DNA from: a virus
Reading direction: 5' to 3' (one strand)
DNA: 64,000 nt
IMG/VR virus record: IMGVR_UViG_3300021185_003522
Coordinates: 1 to 64,000 of that record
A program made the position numbers and the translations under genes. This document shows positions 1 through 9,587 of the stretch, piece after piece. How positions within the stretch are numbered: the first letter of the stretch is position 1; each line of letters starts with the position of its first letter. The notes under the pieces were generated by a model. The model saw only the letters and a list, made by a program, of their open reading frames with translations, did no database searches and had not been told where the DNA came from.

Positions 1-150
1 GAAGTACATTTGAGAAACAACGAAGACTTTGCTAACAATATAAGTCATTTCATTCCAGTATGGGAAGGTGAGTCAACAGTACCACCTGCAGGTTATGCCT
101 ATAGACAGTATCCTGATGTACATGGGCGTATTGGTGCGTTTATTAAATAA
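1..150 (+). CDS. 3' end of a hypothetical phage protein (partial)
   Basis: Frame 1 is open from the window edge (EVHLRNNEDF...GRIGAFIK) to TAA at 148-150. Confidence 0.6.
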   Translation, partial: EVHLRNNEDFANNISHFIPVWEGESTVPPAGYAYRQYPDVHGRIGAFIK

Positions 151-1108
151 TTTCTTTTAACTGTTTGCTGGCTCTATCTTCAATTGATTGCATATAATCA
201 TTCATTAAGAAATCATAATTACGTTCGACTTTGTCTGTAGCAACTCCAATATCAAAGTTGGCACTGATAATACTTTCCAAATTCATTTGTATAGCAGCAT
301 CTAATCTAAATTCGCTTTCAATTACATCATAATCAAGATCAAAAATTTCATTGTAATTTTCAAATCCACGTTCAGCAATCTCTTGATGTATATGTTGATG
401 TCCTACGCACATAAAAGGATGCTTGGCGGCTATTGCTAGTAATGTTTTTTCTGTAATAATACCAGGCCCGTCACTGTAAATACTTTCAGTTACAATACTC
501 ACCCATGCTGATTTGTACAATGTTTTAAGTTTTATAAAATTGTCTACATTATCAAAGTTGTACGTAGCATATGGTGCTTTTTTATAATCGTTATGGGTCC
601 GATGTGATACAAATCCTTGTTTTACATGTTTTAATTTTTTGTAAACTTCATTTCGATGCTTGCGTGGATACCCATTAAGGCATAAAAAATTATACTTCTT
701 TTTTCCTTGTGAGTACACACTTTTCCATTTAGAGTGTTGTGCTTTAAGTCCTTCGACTAATTCCCAACTGTGTGATGGAAACTCTACACAGTGTATAACA
801 CCCTCATACGTGTTCCGCAAGTTGTGATCCCAATGTAGGAAAATAATTTGTCTATGATAATCTCTGTCGTAAAATTTTTCTATTTCTATCAACTCTATAC
901 AAAGTTCGTTATTGTACCAGTTGCAGAAATCTTGTGCATGTAATACTAAACGAAAGTTAGGATTTTTCCAGTTGTCCTTGCTTATTTTTGGAAGGTTTAA
1001 AGTCCAACGACCTTGGATTATTGGCCGTTGTAATATACTTGGTACGAATTCATATACTAATCCAAGATCGTTTAGTAACTTGGTAATTTTTTTATTGAAT
1101 CCGCCCAT
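143..1108 (-). CDS. GT10-like/GT-B glycosyltransferase-like protein, paralog 1 of 5
   Basis: RKHR motif plus VTES...ITEKT...HPF..VG...GF..Y....DLDYD, shared with ORFs at 5627, 6496, 31235 and 32335; resembles the EN...YxTEK motif of GT10 fucosyltransferases. ATG at 1108 (track starts at TTG 1114). Confidence 0.5.
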   Translation of the reverse strand: MGGFNKKITKLLNDLGLVYEFVPSILQRPIIQGRWTLNLPKISKDNWKNPNFRLVLHAQDFCNWYNNELCIELIEIEKFYDRDYHRQIIFLHWDHNLRNTYEGVIHCVEFPSHSWELVEGLKAQHSKWKSVYSQGKKKYNFLCLNGYPRKHRNEVYKKLKHVKQGFVSHRTHNDYKKAPYATYNFDNVDNFIKLKTLYKSAWVSIVTESIYSDGPGIITEKTLLAIAAKHPFMCVGHQHIHQEIAERGFENYNEIFDLDYDVIESEFRLDAAIQMNLESIISANFDIGVATDKVERNYDFLMNDYMQSIEDRASKQLKEII

Positions 1109-1135
1109 TGACAATATCCGTATTTGTGTTATAAT
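1108..1135 (+). promoter_or_regulatory. sigma70-type promoter for ORF 1169
   Basis: TTGACA(1108-1113)-16 nt-TATAAT(1130-1135), with an extended -10 TG. Confidence 0.7.
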
Positions 1136-1168
1136 ATAGTTATATTTAAAACAACAAGGTGCTGATTA

Positions 1169-1852
1169 ATGTACTTACAAACAAAAGATGTTTCGCTTTA
1201 CACAAAAGTCACTAGTCAACTTAAAAACGGCAGGTACTATAGAAACTTTGAACAAGAACGTGCAGGATTACAACTGCAACAGTTTACAGTTCAAAAAACT
1301 GCAAAGGAACAGAGTCTACAGAACCAAAAAGAAATACTATGGCGTGCAGAAGCACTTTCTATACCTACAGTATTAATAACACCAAGACATATACAGTTCA
1401 TAGGCAATAACAATGTGGTAGCAGATGAAATAATGACAGACGCACAGATAAAAGCATTTGATACCAGTGAAAATCATTGGAGTAGAACTACTTGGAGAAG
1501 TGAAGTAAGTGACGAAGGAACCGAATGTCTTGAACTTAATTTAAACTATGAAAATTACTCTGTGCTAACGAGTGAACAAGGATTTTTTCACTATGTAGAT
1601 GGCAAGTTTACTAGAATAAAAAACAGACATACACAGATTGAAATGCTATGGGACTATGGCTTTGCAAGTAAAAGAGGCAGGCCGTTAACAGTGGGCAGAG
1701 CTACACACAGTGGTACCAAGGTTGAAATTATTGGATTGGTTGCCTGGTTACAAAAACTTAAAATGCTTAACAAAGGTAGCGAAATTCAATATAAAACTCA
1801 ACAGATATATAACACACTTAACCGACATTATGCATGGCCAGAACACTGGTAG
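1169..1852 (+). CDS. hypothetical protein
   Basis: 227 aa ORF with an upstream promoter and AAGG RBS; no recognised motif. Confidence 0.75.
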   Translation: MYLQTKDVSLYTKVTSQLKNGRYYRNFEQERAGLQLQQFTVQKTAKEQSLQNQKEILWRAEALSIPTVLITPRHIQFIGNNNVVADEIMTDAQIKAFDTSENHWSRTTWRSEVSDEGTECLELNLNYENYSVLTSEQGFFHYVDGKFTRIKNRHTQIEMLWDYGFASKRGRPLTVGRATHSGTKVEIIGLVAWLQKLKMLNKGSEIQYKTQQIYNTLNRHYAWPEHW

Positions 1853-1865
1853 TAGGAGAATAAAA

Positions 1866-2324
1866 ATGATTATGATAGGAAATAAGTTTCCGTCTGGAAT
1901 TCTATTTAGAAGCAAAAAAGATGAAGTAGACACAGAGTCATATTTTGCAAATAAAAAATTGGTAGTATTTGGTGTGCCAGGTGCATTCGGAGCAACTTGT
2001 TCACAAGAACATCTACCTGGTTTTATTAATTTCACATCAGCATTTAATAGCAAAGGTTACTCTCTTATGTGTATTGCAGTAAATGATCCTAACGTTATGA
2101 AAGCATGGGGCGAATCTGCAGGAGCAGACAATATTGATATGTTATCCGACGGCGATTGTTCAGTAACCAAAGCTCTTGGATTAGATAAAGATTATGGAAG
2201 AAACTTTGGTGTTAGATCAAAACGGTATGCACTCATAGTTGACAACGGAGTTGTTGTAAAGATATTTGTTGACGAATCTGGATTGGATTCTACTTCTGCA
2301 GAGAACCTAATAAACAATTTATAA
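1866..2324 (+). CDS. peroxiredoxin (Prx5/Redoxin family)
   Basis: VPGAFGATCSQEHLPGF (peroxidatic Cys), AVNDPNVMKAW, LSDG, RSKRYALIV; AGGAG RBS before ATG 1866. Confidence 0.92.
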   Translation: MIMIGNKFPSGILFRSKKDEVDTESYFANKKLVVFGVPGAFGATCSQEHLPGFINFTSAFNSKGYSLMCIAVNDPNVMKAWGESAGADNIDMLSDGDCSVTKALGLDKDYGRNFGVRSKRYALIVDNGVVVKIFVDESGLDSTSAENLINNL

Positions 2325-2332
2325 ATATCTGT

Positions 2333-2569
2333 ATGACAAGAGAATTAAAGTTTACAAGCGAAAGTTTTGGAATTGGTAACGCAGAAGACGATTGCTATTT
2401 GGATCCAAACGATCCTATACATGAATTTCTAATAACAGGCAATGCACATGGACTTAATCGCCCAAAAAGAATAAGTGTTGTTGAGCAGGCTGATAACTAC
2501 CAACGTAAATTACAAATAGCAAAAGCACAAGGAATAAAGCCCGGGTCACCGGCATGGTTTATGTTATAA
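2333..2569 (+). CDS. hypothetical protein
   Basis: 78 aa ORF; TAAATA lies 5 nt upstream of the ATG. Confidence 0.7.
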   Translation: MTRELKFTSESFGIGNAEDDCYLDPNDPIHEFLITGNAHGLNRPKRISVVEQADNYQRKLQIAKAQGIKPGSPAWFML

Positions 2570-2577
2570 ATATTTGT

Positions 2578-2820
2578 ATGAAACTATTCGATCAAGACAA
2601 ACTAGTTACTATACAAATAATATACTACATGCCAGACTACCAAAAGTTAATCAACGAATTTGTTTGGCAAACACATGACACCGTACCAGATTATCCTCGC
2701 AGTGAACGTTTCATAAAATACTGGCACACAGACATCGATGCAGTAATTAAAGAAGCATACCTATATCATAAAAATTATTGGGGCGGAACAACCTACAGAG
2801 ACATCACTGTAATCAATTAG
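2578..2820 (+). CDS. Usg-like protein
   Basis: IIYYMPDYQKLINEFVWQTHDTVPDYP...FIKYW matches the Usg pattern (ILYxMPDxPxLLQxxVWQxxDxAPxxP...FLxFW); TAAATA-N5-ATG start. Confidence 0.75.
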   Translation: MKLFDQDKLVTIQIIYYMPDYQKLINEFVWQTHDTVPDYPRSERFIKYWHTDIDAVIKEAYLYHKNYWGGTTYRDITVIN

Positions 2821-2821
2821 G

Positions 2822-2872
2822 TTGACAAACTGCTTTTATGATGCTACAATAAGTACATATTCACAGTTAGAA
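2822..2872 (+). promoter_or_regulatory. sigma70-type promoter with ACAGTTAGAA box
   Basis: TTGACA(2822)-17-TACAAT(2845); ACAGTTAGAA at 2863-2872. Confidence 0.7.
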
Positions 2873-2887
2873 CAAAGGAAAAAGAAT

Positions 2888-3097
2888 ATGGCATTAATAG
2901 TACTAGCATTATTATTTTCAATGGGCAATACAGAATTCCATGACACAGTTGCAGAACAAAAAGCAGCAGGTTTCAAATGGTACAACCTAGCAGAATGTAG
3001 AGTTGTTACTGAAGGATTGCCTGCATTAACTATTGACAGTGTTAAAGGCAAAAGAGTTTGTTATAAACTTGCACTAACACGTGATGGTGCAAAATAA
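2888..3097 (+). CDS. small exported/membrane hypothetical protein
   Basis: AAGGA RBS, ATG 2888, hydrophobic N-terminus MALIVLALLF. Confidence 0.65.
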   Translation: MALIVLALLFSMGNTEFHDTVAEQKAAGFKWYNLAECRVVTEGLPALTIDSVKGKRVCYKLALTRDGAK

Positions 3098-3328
3098 TTG
3101 CTTGAATGGTTTATAGTTGCCTTTATCTCTATGCCCAACGACCGCATAGAGATAAAATTAATGCAAGAAAGTTTTACTAGCGAAGCATCCTGTATTAAAT
3201 ACATGCGAGAAACACCTGGGATTGTCAATGACATTATGATTATTGAACCAAGCAATACAGGAATGTATTTTCAGTGTCTTGACACTGAATCTATTGCTCG
3301 TTACAAAGTAAAACGTAAATCAATTTAA
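3098..3328 (+). CDS. hypothetical protein
   Basis: 76 aa ORF abutting the previous stop codon. Confidence 0.6.
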   Translation: MLEWFIVAFISMPNDRIEIKLMQESFTSEASCIKYMRETPGIVNDIMIIEPSNTGMYFQCLDTESIARYKVKRKSI

Positions 3329-3338
3329 GGACAATTAG

Positions 3339-3542
3339 ATGGCTGCTAAGAAGAACAAAGATTCAAAAGCATGGATGATACCTGAAGGCGAGAAACGTGA
3401 AAATGCAACCTATCATTATCTAGCACATAAAACTGTTAGTATGATACGTGAAGGCAAAAAGATACGTGTAAAGAAGTATCATCCTAAATTACAAAAGCAT
3501 GTTTGGTTCATTGAAACTAAAATGCCAAGTCACAGTAAGTAG
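3339..3542 (+). CDS. rpmG: 50S ribosomal protein bL33-like (zinc-free type)
   Basis: TYHYLAHK...KKIRVKKYHPKLQKHVWFIETK matches bL33 GHFYTTTK...KLELKKYDPxxRKHVxFxExK; no Cys. Confidence 0.72.
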   Translation: MAAKKNKDSKAWMIPEGEKRENATYHYLAHKTVSMIREGKKIRVKKYHPKLQKHVWFIETKMPSHSK

Positions 3543-4300
3543 TGCAATTCCAAATTCCAGCAGAAACCCTTAGGCGTAGAGGACAATATTTTCCGTACTT
3601 GCTTAAAAATTTTGACTGTAAAATAATCAACAATGCAGAAGAAGTAGAACTAAACAGAATAGTTGTATGGGGTACTCCTTTTGACCAATACATACATGAT
3701 GCTATAAAACTGCACGACTTAGAATACTACTATATGGACAATGGCTACATTGGCAATTGGAACTATAAGAAGCCTTGGTATGTGAGAATATGCCATAACA
3801 ATTTACAAAATGCAAAACTAGGCACACCCGGCAAAAGCCGAATACATACATTAGAACTAGATAGGTTTGAAGATTGGAATGCAGAAGGAGATTATAATCT
3901 GCTTATGACTCCTTTGGATAATAAATTCTTCAGTTGGTTTGGATACAATTACGACACATGGAGAACAGAGACCATAGCACGTTTAGAAGCAACAGGTGTA
4001 CCACTTGTGATACGTGATAAACCAGGTGGTCGTGCAAGCCGTTCGATGCGTTTTGACGAACTGCCAGATATTATGCGAAAAGCAAAGAAAATAATAACAC
4101 ACCATAGTATTGGTGCCGTAGAAGCAATGTGTTTAGGAAAGCCTGTTGAGATACTAGGCGTAAGTGCAGTAGAACATTGGCAGAACCAATTTGGATTTGA
4201 TCGTACTCCAATGCTAGAACATATAGCACATTGTCAGTTCAGCAGAGACGAGCTAGAAGATGGCACTGCTTGGAAAGTAACAATGGAGTATCAACAATGA
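3542..4300 (+). CDS. KpsS/KpsC-like capsule-biosynthesis GT-B domain protein
   Basis: YYMDNGY, LVIRDKP and ITHHSIGAVEAMCLGKPV resemble the C-terminal motif (xxSxxxxEAxxxGKPV) of capsule polysaccharide biosynthesis proteins. Confidence 0.5.
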   Translation: MQFQIPAETLRRRGQYFPYLLKNFDCKIINNAEEVELNRIVVWGTPFDQYIHDAIKLHDLEYYYMDNGYIGNWNYKKPWYVRICHNNLQNAKLGTPGKSRIHTLELDRFEDWNAEGDYNLLMTPLDNKFFSWFGYNYDTWRTETIARLEATGVPLVIRDKPGGRASRSMRFDELPDIMRKAKKIITHHSIGAVEAMCLGKPVEILGVSAVEHWQNQFGFDRTPMLEHIAHCQFSRDELEDGTAWKVTMEYQQ

Positions 4301-4404
4301 TTTATGCAATGTGGTATGTATTCGGGATACTAACAGTATTAGCCCTGCCTTGGGCCGCACGTAACAGCGAAATGCTACAGTTTTTAAGTACCTGTGTAGG
4401 TTAA
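4297..4404 (+). CDS. small membrane peptide (35 aa)
   Basis: MIYAMWYVFGILTVLALPWAARNSEMLQFLSTCVG fills the gap exactly, with an ATGA overlap on the upstream stop. Confidence 0.5.
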   Translation: MIYAMWYVFGILTVLALPWAARNSEMLQFLSTCVG

Positions 4405-4405
4405 T

Positions 4406-4942
4406 ATGCGAGCAATAACACACAATACTCCATGGAAACATTGGATCGTTGATGACTTTCTTGACAAGGATACTCTCAATGAAGTTAAGTCTGTTGAACA
4501 TGTTGTTGAACAAGCCAAGCCCGGAAAACGTGTAGACAGTGTAAGATTGTTTATAACTGAAGAGCATGAGTATCAATATCCTCATTTATATCATCTATAT
4601 AGAAGTTTACACAATGGGGCGTATAAAACATTCTTTGAATACTATACTGGTATTGATTATAGTGAAATGTTTCCGCGTGTAGAAGTTATCAGCGATATAG
4701 GAGACTTTTGGTTAGAACCACATTATGATCGCCCGGCAAAGAAACTCAGTGCATTGTTATACACTGATTATACAAAATTATTTCCAGGAACAGGATTAGG
4801 AGACGGTACTAGAGTAGAAAGCAAAGACAATAGATGCTTTTTCTTTGTGGCTGGTGAGCATAGTTTACACGACTATCCGTTAGTGCATTTTCCTACAGTA
4901 CGTCGTTGTTTACAGATCAATTATTGGACTTATCAAGACTAG
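4406..4942 (+). CDS. 2OG-Fe(II) oxygenase
   Basis: HxD (EPHYD), distal His (SLHDY) and RxxxxxN (RRCLQIN). Confidence 0.8.
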   Translation: MRAITHNTPWKHWIVDDFLDKDTLNEVKSVEHVVEQAKPGKRVDSVRLFITEEHEYQYPHLYHLYRSLHNGAYKTFFEYYTGIDYSEMFPRVEVISDIGDFWLEPHYDRPAKKLSALLYTDYTKLFPGTGLGDGTRVESKDNRCFFFVAGEHSLHDYPLVHFPTVRRCLQINYWTYQD

Positions 4943-5612
4943 CCCAATCCACTGGCTTATCAAACCAGTTTGGTGTAAACACTTTATTAGGATACTTTTC
5001 TAAATAATTACGCATTACAGTTTCACACCAATCATAGCCCGGAGTCACTGCACGTGTACGGTCGCTATCATATTCAAACCAATACATGCCGTAAGGCGCA
5101 TCTGGATCAGTAAGTGTAAAACTGTGTTGAGTGCCAACGGGTGTGCGTAATATTTCACACCACTGTTCAAAGTTCTCAATGAGTGGCAAGTGTTTGAACT
5201 GATCAGCATGATCCTCATGGGTTGTAATAAAACTCTCAAAAAACTCTAGCTCTGGCAAAAGTTCACTGGCTCGCATACGATTCTCACCAGTATGCCCGCC
5301 AAACTTTTCATTGCCATCATAGTATAATAACATAGGCTTCACCACACCTTGGCGTTTGATATCTTCAACATAGATGTTTAACTTAACCACACTTGCAACC
5401 CTAAAAGGATCTTGCCATATGTCACTGTTGTTCAACCAATCGCATTGTTCTTGTATTGTATTATTATACCGTATCCTTGCTTTATGCACTCCAGGATCAT
5501 AAAACAAAACATGTTTGCCCGAGTGTGAGCTGGCACGTATAGGATCAGTGTCCAAAGGATAAGGCAACACCGTTTGACTGTATTGAATTTTTGGGTTGTT
5601 CCAATATTCCAT
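4917..5612 (-). CDS. hypothetical protein with a ParB/sulfiredoxin-like motif
   Basis: DIKRQGVVKPML...TGENRMRASELL resembles ParB-N (I..xG...P....xGxxRxxA); ATG 5612 lies 5 nt after TAATTA. Confidence 0.45.
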   Translation of the reverse strand: MEYWNNPKIQYSQTVLPYPLDTDPIRASSHSGKHVLFYDPGVHKARIRYNNTIQEQCDWLNNSDIWQDPFRVASVVKLNIYVEDIKRQGVVKPMLLYYDGNEKFGGHTGENRMRASELLPELEFFESFITTHEDHADQFKHLPLIENFEQWCEILRTPVGTQHSFTLTDPDAPYGMYWFEYDSDRTRAVTPGYDWCETVMRNYLEKYPNKVFTPNWFDKPVDWASLDKSNN

Positions 5613-5626
5613 ATAACTAATTAGTA

Positions 5627-6499
5627 ATGAAAACACATACCGATGGAATTTGGATCAGTGAGCCAAGAGAACAACAAACTGTTAAACAATTAACAGAACA
5701 TATACTCTCCTGCGGTTATTCTGTAGTTACACAAAACTCAGATAATTTTGGTTTTCCATATGAATTTATAAAAGGTGATACAAAATTAAACTGTAGATTA
5801 GTAGATAAAGTTGATTATACAGATGCCACAGTAACAGATAATTATTCTTTAGTGCCTGTAGAAGGTGTAGTACATAGTGTACTTCCTGAATTTTGGAGTC
5901 AATGGAGATTTGATCCTGTATATATTGAACGTCCAGCGATTTACGATTATAACTGCTTTATGGCCAGAGAACGTGGAGATAGAGATAGAATATTTCAAAA
6001 GCTACAGGAAAGAAACATACTTACTCAAGGACTAGTAAGTTATCTTGCCAAAGAATATGATACTGTCAATTCGCATGGCACACTCGAACAATGTATAATT
6101 GATAGCCGGGTAAGTGTAGTAGTTGAAACCTATACCCTTCACACACAAATAGTGTTCAGCGAAAAAGTTTTTAGAGCATTACAATTACCTCGGCCTTGGT
6201 TATTGTATTGTAGTCCTCATAGTATTGCTTTACTTAAAACACATGGATTTGATGTGTTAGAAGACTATGTCGATATTTCCTATGACACTGTGGAGCAACA
6301 TTGGGACAGGATGGATCTTATAATTAATCAACTAGAAACATTTATTAATCGCCAGTATACACGTAGAGACTACGAGCGATTTGAGCAGGCCGCAGTAAGC
6401 AATCAAGTACTGCTTGATCAATTTGCACGAGACTGGCCAATTGAACTCGAAGGCATAAAACTTGAAATATCAACTCCTGGAATGGACTGGTCACTTTGA
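5627..6499 (+). CDS. GT10-like glycosyltransferase-like protein, paralog 2
   Basis: RGDR; VVETY...FSEKVFRALQLPRPW...HGFDVLEDYVDISYD. Confidence 0.5.
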   Translation: MKTHTDGIWISEPREQQTVKQLTEHILSCGYSVVTQNSDNFGFPYEFIKGDTKLNCRLVDKVDYTDATVTDNYSLVPVEGVVHSVLPEFWSQWRFDPVYIERPAIYDYNCFMARERGDRDRIFQKLQERNILTQGLVSYLAKEYDTVNSHGTLEQCIIDSRVSVVVETYTLHTQIVFSEKVFRALQLPRPWLLYCSPHSIALLKTHGFDVLEDYVDISYDTVEQHWDRMDLIINQLETFINRQYTRRDYERFEQAAVSNQVLLDQFARDWPIELEGIKLEISTPGMDWSL

Positions 6500-7446
6500 T
6501 TATAGATAGTTACTACCGTTATGGGGGAGAAATACTGTCAGAGCCTACAGTAATACATGTGGTGGACCACCATTATGACGAAACTAATAATGTATGGCCA
6601 TTACAACAATTGTTAGATAACAGTAGAGTTGATCCACAATCTCATACTCTTTTGTTTGATATGAATATACACGATGATATTTTATCTAAGTACAAACCAA
6701 AGTGTGTGCCTGTATTCTGTGCAATGCAAGTTGACGATTTTAAAAATGAACAGATAGAAATTGACTGGAAAAACAAAAACTACAAATTTAATTTTATGAT
6801 TAACAAAGCAAGACCACATAGAATTAAATTATTACAAATGATACATGAACTTGCTTTCAAAAACTTTACCTACAGTTTACCTTGGACTGAAAATCCTTTT
6901 ACTAGTTTGCCGGTCACTCATTATATGATTGGTACCGAGAAACAAATGCCGCAAGGTATACGAAGCGGAAAGATTAGCAATAGCAAAAACTACAAACAAC
7001 TTTTACAAAAGAACGTTTTTGAACCTAGTTCTATAAGCCTAATCACTGAAACTGTCTGTATTGAACGCGAAGCACATATTACTGAGAAAACTGTAATGGC
7101 AATCTATGGAGGAACCATACCAATTTGGGTAGGCGGTTGGCGTTGTGCAGACGCCATGAGCAGTTTAGGATTTGATGTGTTTGAGGATATTGTTGACCAC
7201 AGTTATCAGGCACTTGAAGACCCTTGGCAGAGAGTTGAGAAATCAATCTACCTTAACCAAGACTTACTAAGTAATTTTACAATATCACCTAAGATACTCA
7301 CAAGACTACAATATAATCTTGATCTATTGTTGAGCGGAGTATTTAAAAAACAAGTAGAGCAACAACTTCAGGAAGCATTAGATGACAGTATACCATCATT
7401 GGGATCCACTATTAGAATGTGTTGTAGGGAAGGGCTACCCGCCTGA
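6496..7446 (+). CDS. GT10-like glycosyltransferase-like protein, paralog 3
   Basis: RPHR; ITET...ITEKT...PIWVGG...GFDVFEDIVDHSY. Confidence 0.5.
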   Translation: MIIDSYYRYGGEILSEPTVIHVVDHHYDETNNVWPLQQLLDNSRVDPQSHTLLFDMNIHDDILSKYKPKCVPVFCAMQVDDFKNEQIEIDWKNKNYKFNFMINKARPHRIKLLQMIHELAFKNFTYSLPWTENPFTSLPVTHYMIGTEKQMPQGIRSGKISNSKNYKQLLQKNVFEPSSISLITETVCIEREAHITEKTVMAIYGGTIPIWVGGWRCADAMSSLGFDVFEDIVDHSYQALEDPWQRVEKSIYLNQDLLSNFTISPKILTRLQYNLDLLLSGVFKKQVEQQLQEALDDSIPSLGSTIRMCCREGLPA

Positions 7447-8416
7447 ATACTATTCATGGATTCAAGATGTTCCTACACGTAAGTTGTTTGAACAACTGGC
7501 AATAGAAACAGAAGAAGATTTCCAAAAACTCTGTAAACTGTTAGCACGGTTTGGAGTCGATGTTGTACGTCCGACCATACCAGACTTTGAGAAGTGCATG
7601 GTAAACGGTATATTGGTACCACCGCCAGTGCAACCACGTGATCATTTTATACAGATTAGAGATAAACTTTGGGTATGCACAAAACCAAATGCAAACTTTG
7701 CCCGCAATGCATTTGCTGGTCAAGATATACTAACATGGGACCAGTTTCAAGCACGTGACCAAGAGAAACATGATATCAAACTAAGTTTTTACAAAGATAT
7801 ATTTGAGAACAGACCGATACAGGAAACTGAACTCAGTTACATCAGTGGCTGTTTTGTAAGCAGACTAGGAGAAGACTTGTACTTTGCAACACAGACAATC
7901 TATGATGACTGGGATAAAATACAATCAGAAGTAGACGCACATTTCCCCGATACTTGTAATCACATTGTGGATGCACAAGGACATGGTGATGCAGTGTATT
8001 GTCCAGTATCCGACGGATTGATAATAAGTATCGCAGATGAAGACTATGCCCACACCTTTCCAGGTTGGGAAGTTGTGCATCTAGCAGAAAGCGATTATGC
8101 GAAACACAATCGTTTTATGAGCAGTATGAAACTCAACGCAGGCAAGTGGTATATTCCAGGCTTTGATAAAAATCCAAAGATATTAGAAACTGTTGACCAG
8201 TACTTTAATGAATGGGTTGGTGAAGCCCATGAAACCGTGTTTGGTGTAAACATTCTAATAATTAATACAACAAATGTTGTACTTGCTGAATATAATAAGA
8301 TTGCAGTTGATGCACTCAAACGTTATGGCATCACTGCACATATCTCTCCCTTTCGACACAAATACTTTTGGGATGCCGGAATACACTGTGTCACAAACGA
8401 TTTGAGGCGAAAATGA
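7382..8416 (+). CDS. amidinotransferase-family (pentein) protein 1
   Basis: WDPLLECVVG, PRD, GHGD and C-terminal FWDAGIHCVTNDLRR. Confidence 0.85.
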   Translation: MTVYHHWDPLLECVVGKGYPPEYYSWIQDVPTRKLFEQLAIETEEDFQKLCKLLARFGVDVVRPTIPDFEKCMVNGILVPPPVQPRDHFIQIRDKLWVCTKPNANFARNAFAGQDILTWDQFQARDQEKHDIKLSFYKDIFENRPIQETELSYISGCFVSRLGEDLYFATQTIYDDWDKIQSEVDAHFPDTCNHIVDAQGHGDAVYCPVSDGLIISIADEDYAHTFPGWEVVHLAESDYAKHNRFMSSMKLNAGKWYIPGFDKNPKILETVDQYFNEWVGEAHETVFGVNILIINTTNVVLAEYNKIAVDALKRYGITAHISPFRHKYFWDAGIHCVTNDLRRK

Positions 8417-9366
8417 TTATTAACAGTAGTAATAGCTGGAGTCCTTTAAAAGAGGTCTGGCTTGGTGATGTCTATCCAGCTGATTGGTACGATCATTTAC
8501 CAACACAAGTGAGAGATGCATTTCGTACTATTACTGAAATTACCAAAGAAGACCTAGACATAATACAAACTAAGATTGAATCGTTTGGAGTGCATGTTCG
8601 CAGACCAACCTATGACAATATTGATTCATTCATTGATACATACACAAGACAACTAATTAAGCCTCAAATTACACCAAGAGATCAATTTGTTACACTGGGC
8701 AATAAATTAATTGCACACAAATGGCATACAAAAGCCTGGGAATCGATATTAGAAGAATACAAACTTGATACAGAATGCAGTGTCATTCTAACTGATAATG
8801 TAGCTCTAAATGGTGCAAATGTTGTAAGAATGAACAAAGACCTTATAATTGATACCCCGCACGGTGAACAAATGAATAATGATTTTCTGTCAGATTACAA
8901 TGTAACTATCGTAAACAATGGTGGACACATAGATGGATGCTTTGCTATTCTTAAACCAGGACTATTGATTGCAAACAATTATTTTCCTAGTTACGATGAA
9001 ACTTTTCCTAGATGGACAAAGATCAATCTTAGTAATCCAGAGTTTGGGGAACACACAAAACGTAAAAAAGATTTTGATGAAAACGGAAAATGGTGGATTC
9101 CAGATGTAAACATAAATGACAACAAAAGTTTTGGAAAACATATCGAACAACACGCAGTAGACTGGGTAGGCGATTATACCGAAACGTATTTCGAATTAAA
9201 CTGTTTGGTCATTGACGAACAAAATGTTATAATGTTAGGTAGTAATAAAAACTTAGAATTAGAACTAGCCAAACAAGATATACAAGTTCATTGGGTTCCG
9301 TTTCGTACAAGAAGTTTCTGGGATGGTGGTATGCACTGTTTAACAGTTGATATACATAGAAGATGA
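8413..9366 (+). CDS. amidinotransferase-family (pentein) protein 2
   Basis: WSPLKEVWLG, TPRD, GHIDG and FWDGGMHCLTVDIHRR; ATGA-coupled start at 8413. Confidence 0.87.
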   Translation: MIINSSNSWSPLKEVWLGDVYPADWYDHLPTQVRDAFRTITEITKEDLDIIQTKIESFGVHVRRPTYDNIDSFIDTYTRQLIKPQITPRDQFVTLGNKLIAHKWHTKAWESILEEYKLDTECSVILTDNVALNGANVVRMNKDLIIDTPHGEQMNNDFLSDYNVTIVNNGGHIDGCFAILKPGLLIANNYFPSYDETFPRWTKINLSNPEFGEHTKRKKDFDENGKWWIPDVNINDNKSFGKHIEQHAVDWVGDYTETYFELNCLVIDEQNVIMLGSNKNLELELAKQDIQVHWVPFRTRSFWDGGMHCLTVDIHRR

Positions 9367-9515
9367 TGTTAACAGTGTTAAAAGATTACATATGGTGGTA
9401 CAAAAAGCAAGCACCAAAATATGGATACATCAGCAGTATATACACTGCTTACTTTAATGCTCGCCATTTTAAAAGAGACGGAACCTACAGAAAGGCCACA
9501 TATGAAACCAAGTGA
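9363..9515 (+). CDS. small hypothetical protein (50 aa)
   Basis: MMLTVLKDYIWWYKK...YETK, ATGA-coupled to the upstream stop. Confidence 0.5.
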   Translation: MMLTVLKDYIWWYKKQAPKYGYISSIYTAYFNARHFKRDGTYRKATYETK

Positions 9516-9587
9516 ATATCTATTACTATACATCGTTAGTGTTGCAATAATCTATGCTAGTGTTGGCGTCATGATGGAGGCATACAG

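Noticed and set aside
1710-1865. N-terminal extension of the peroxiredoxin
   Set aside because: It overlaps ORF 1169-1852; the AGGAG RBS and Prx5 length support ATG 1866.
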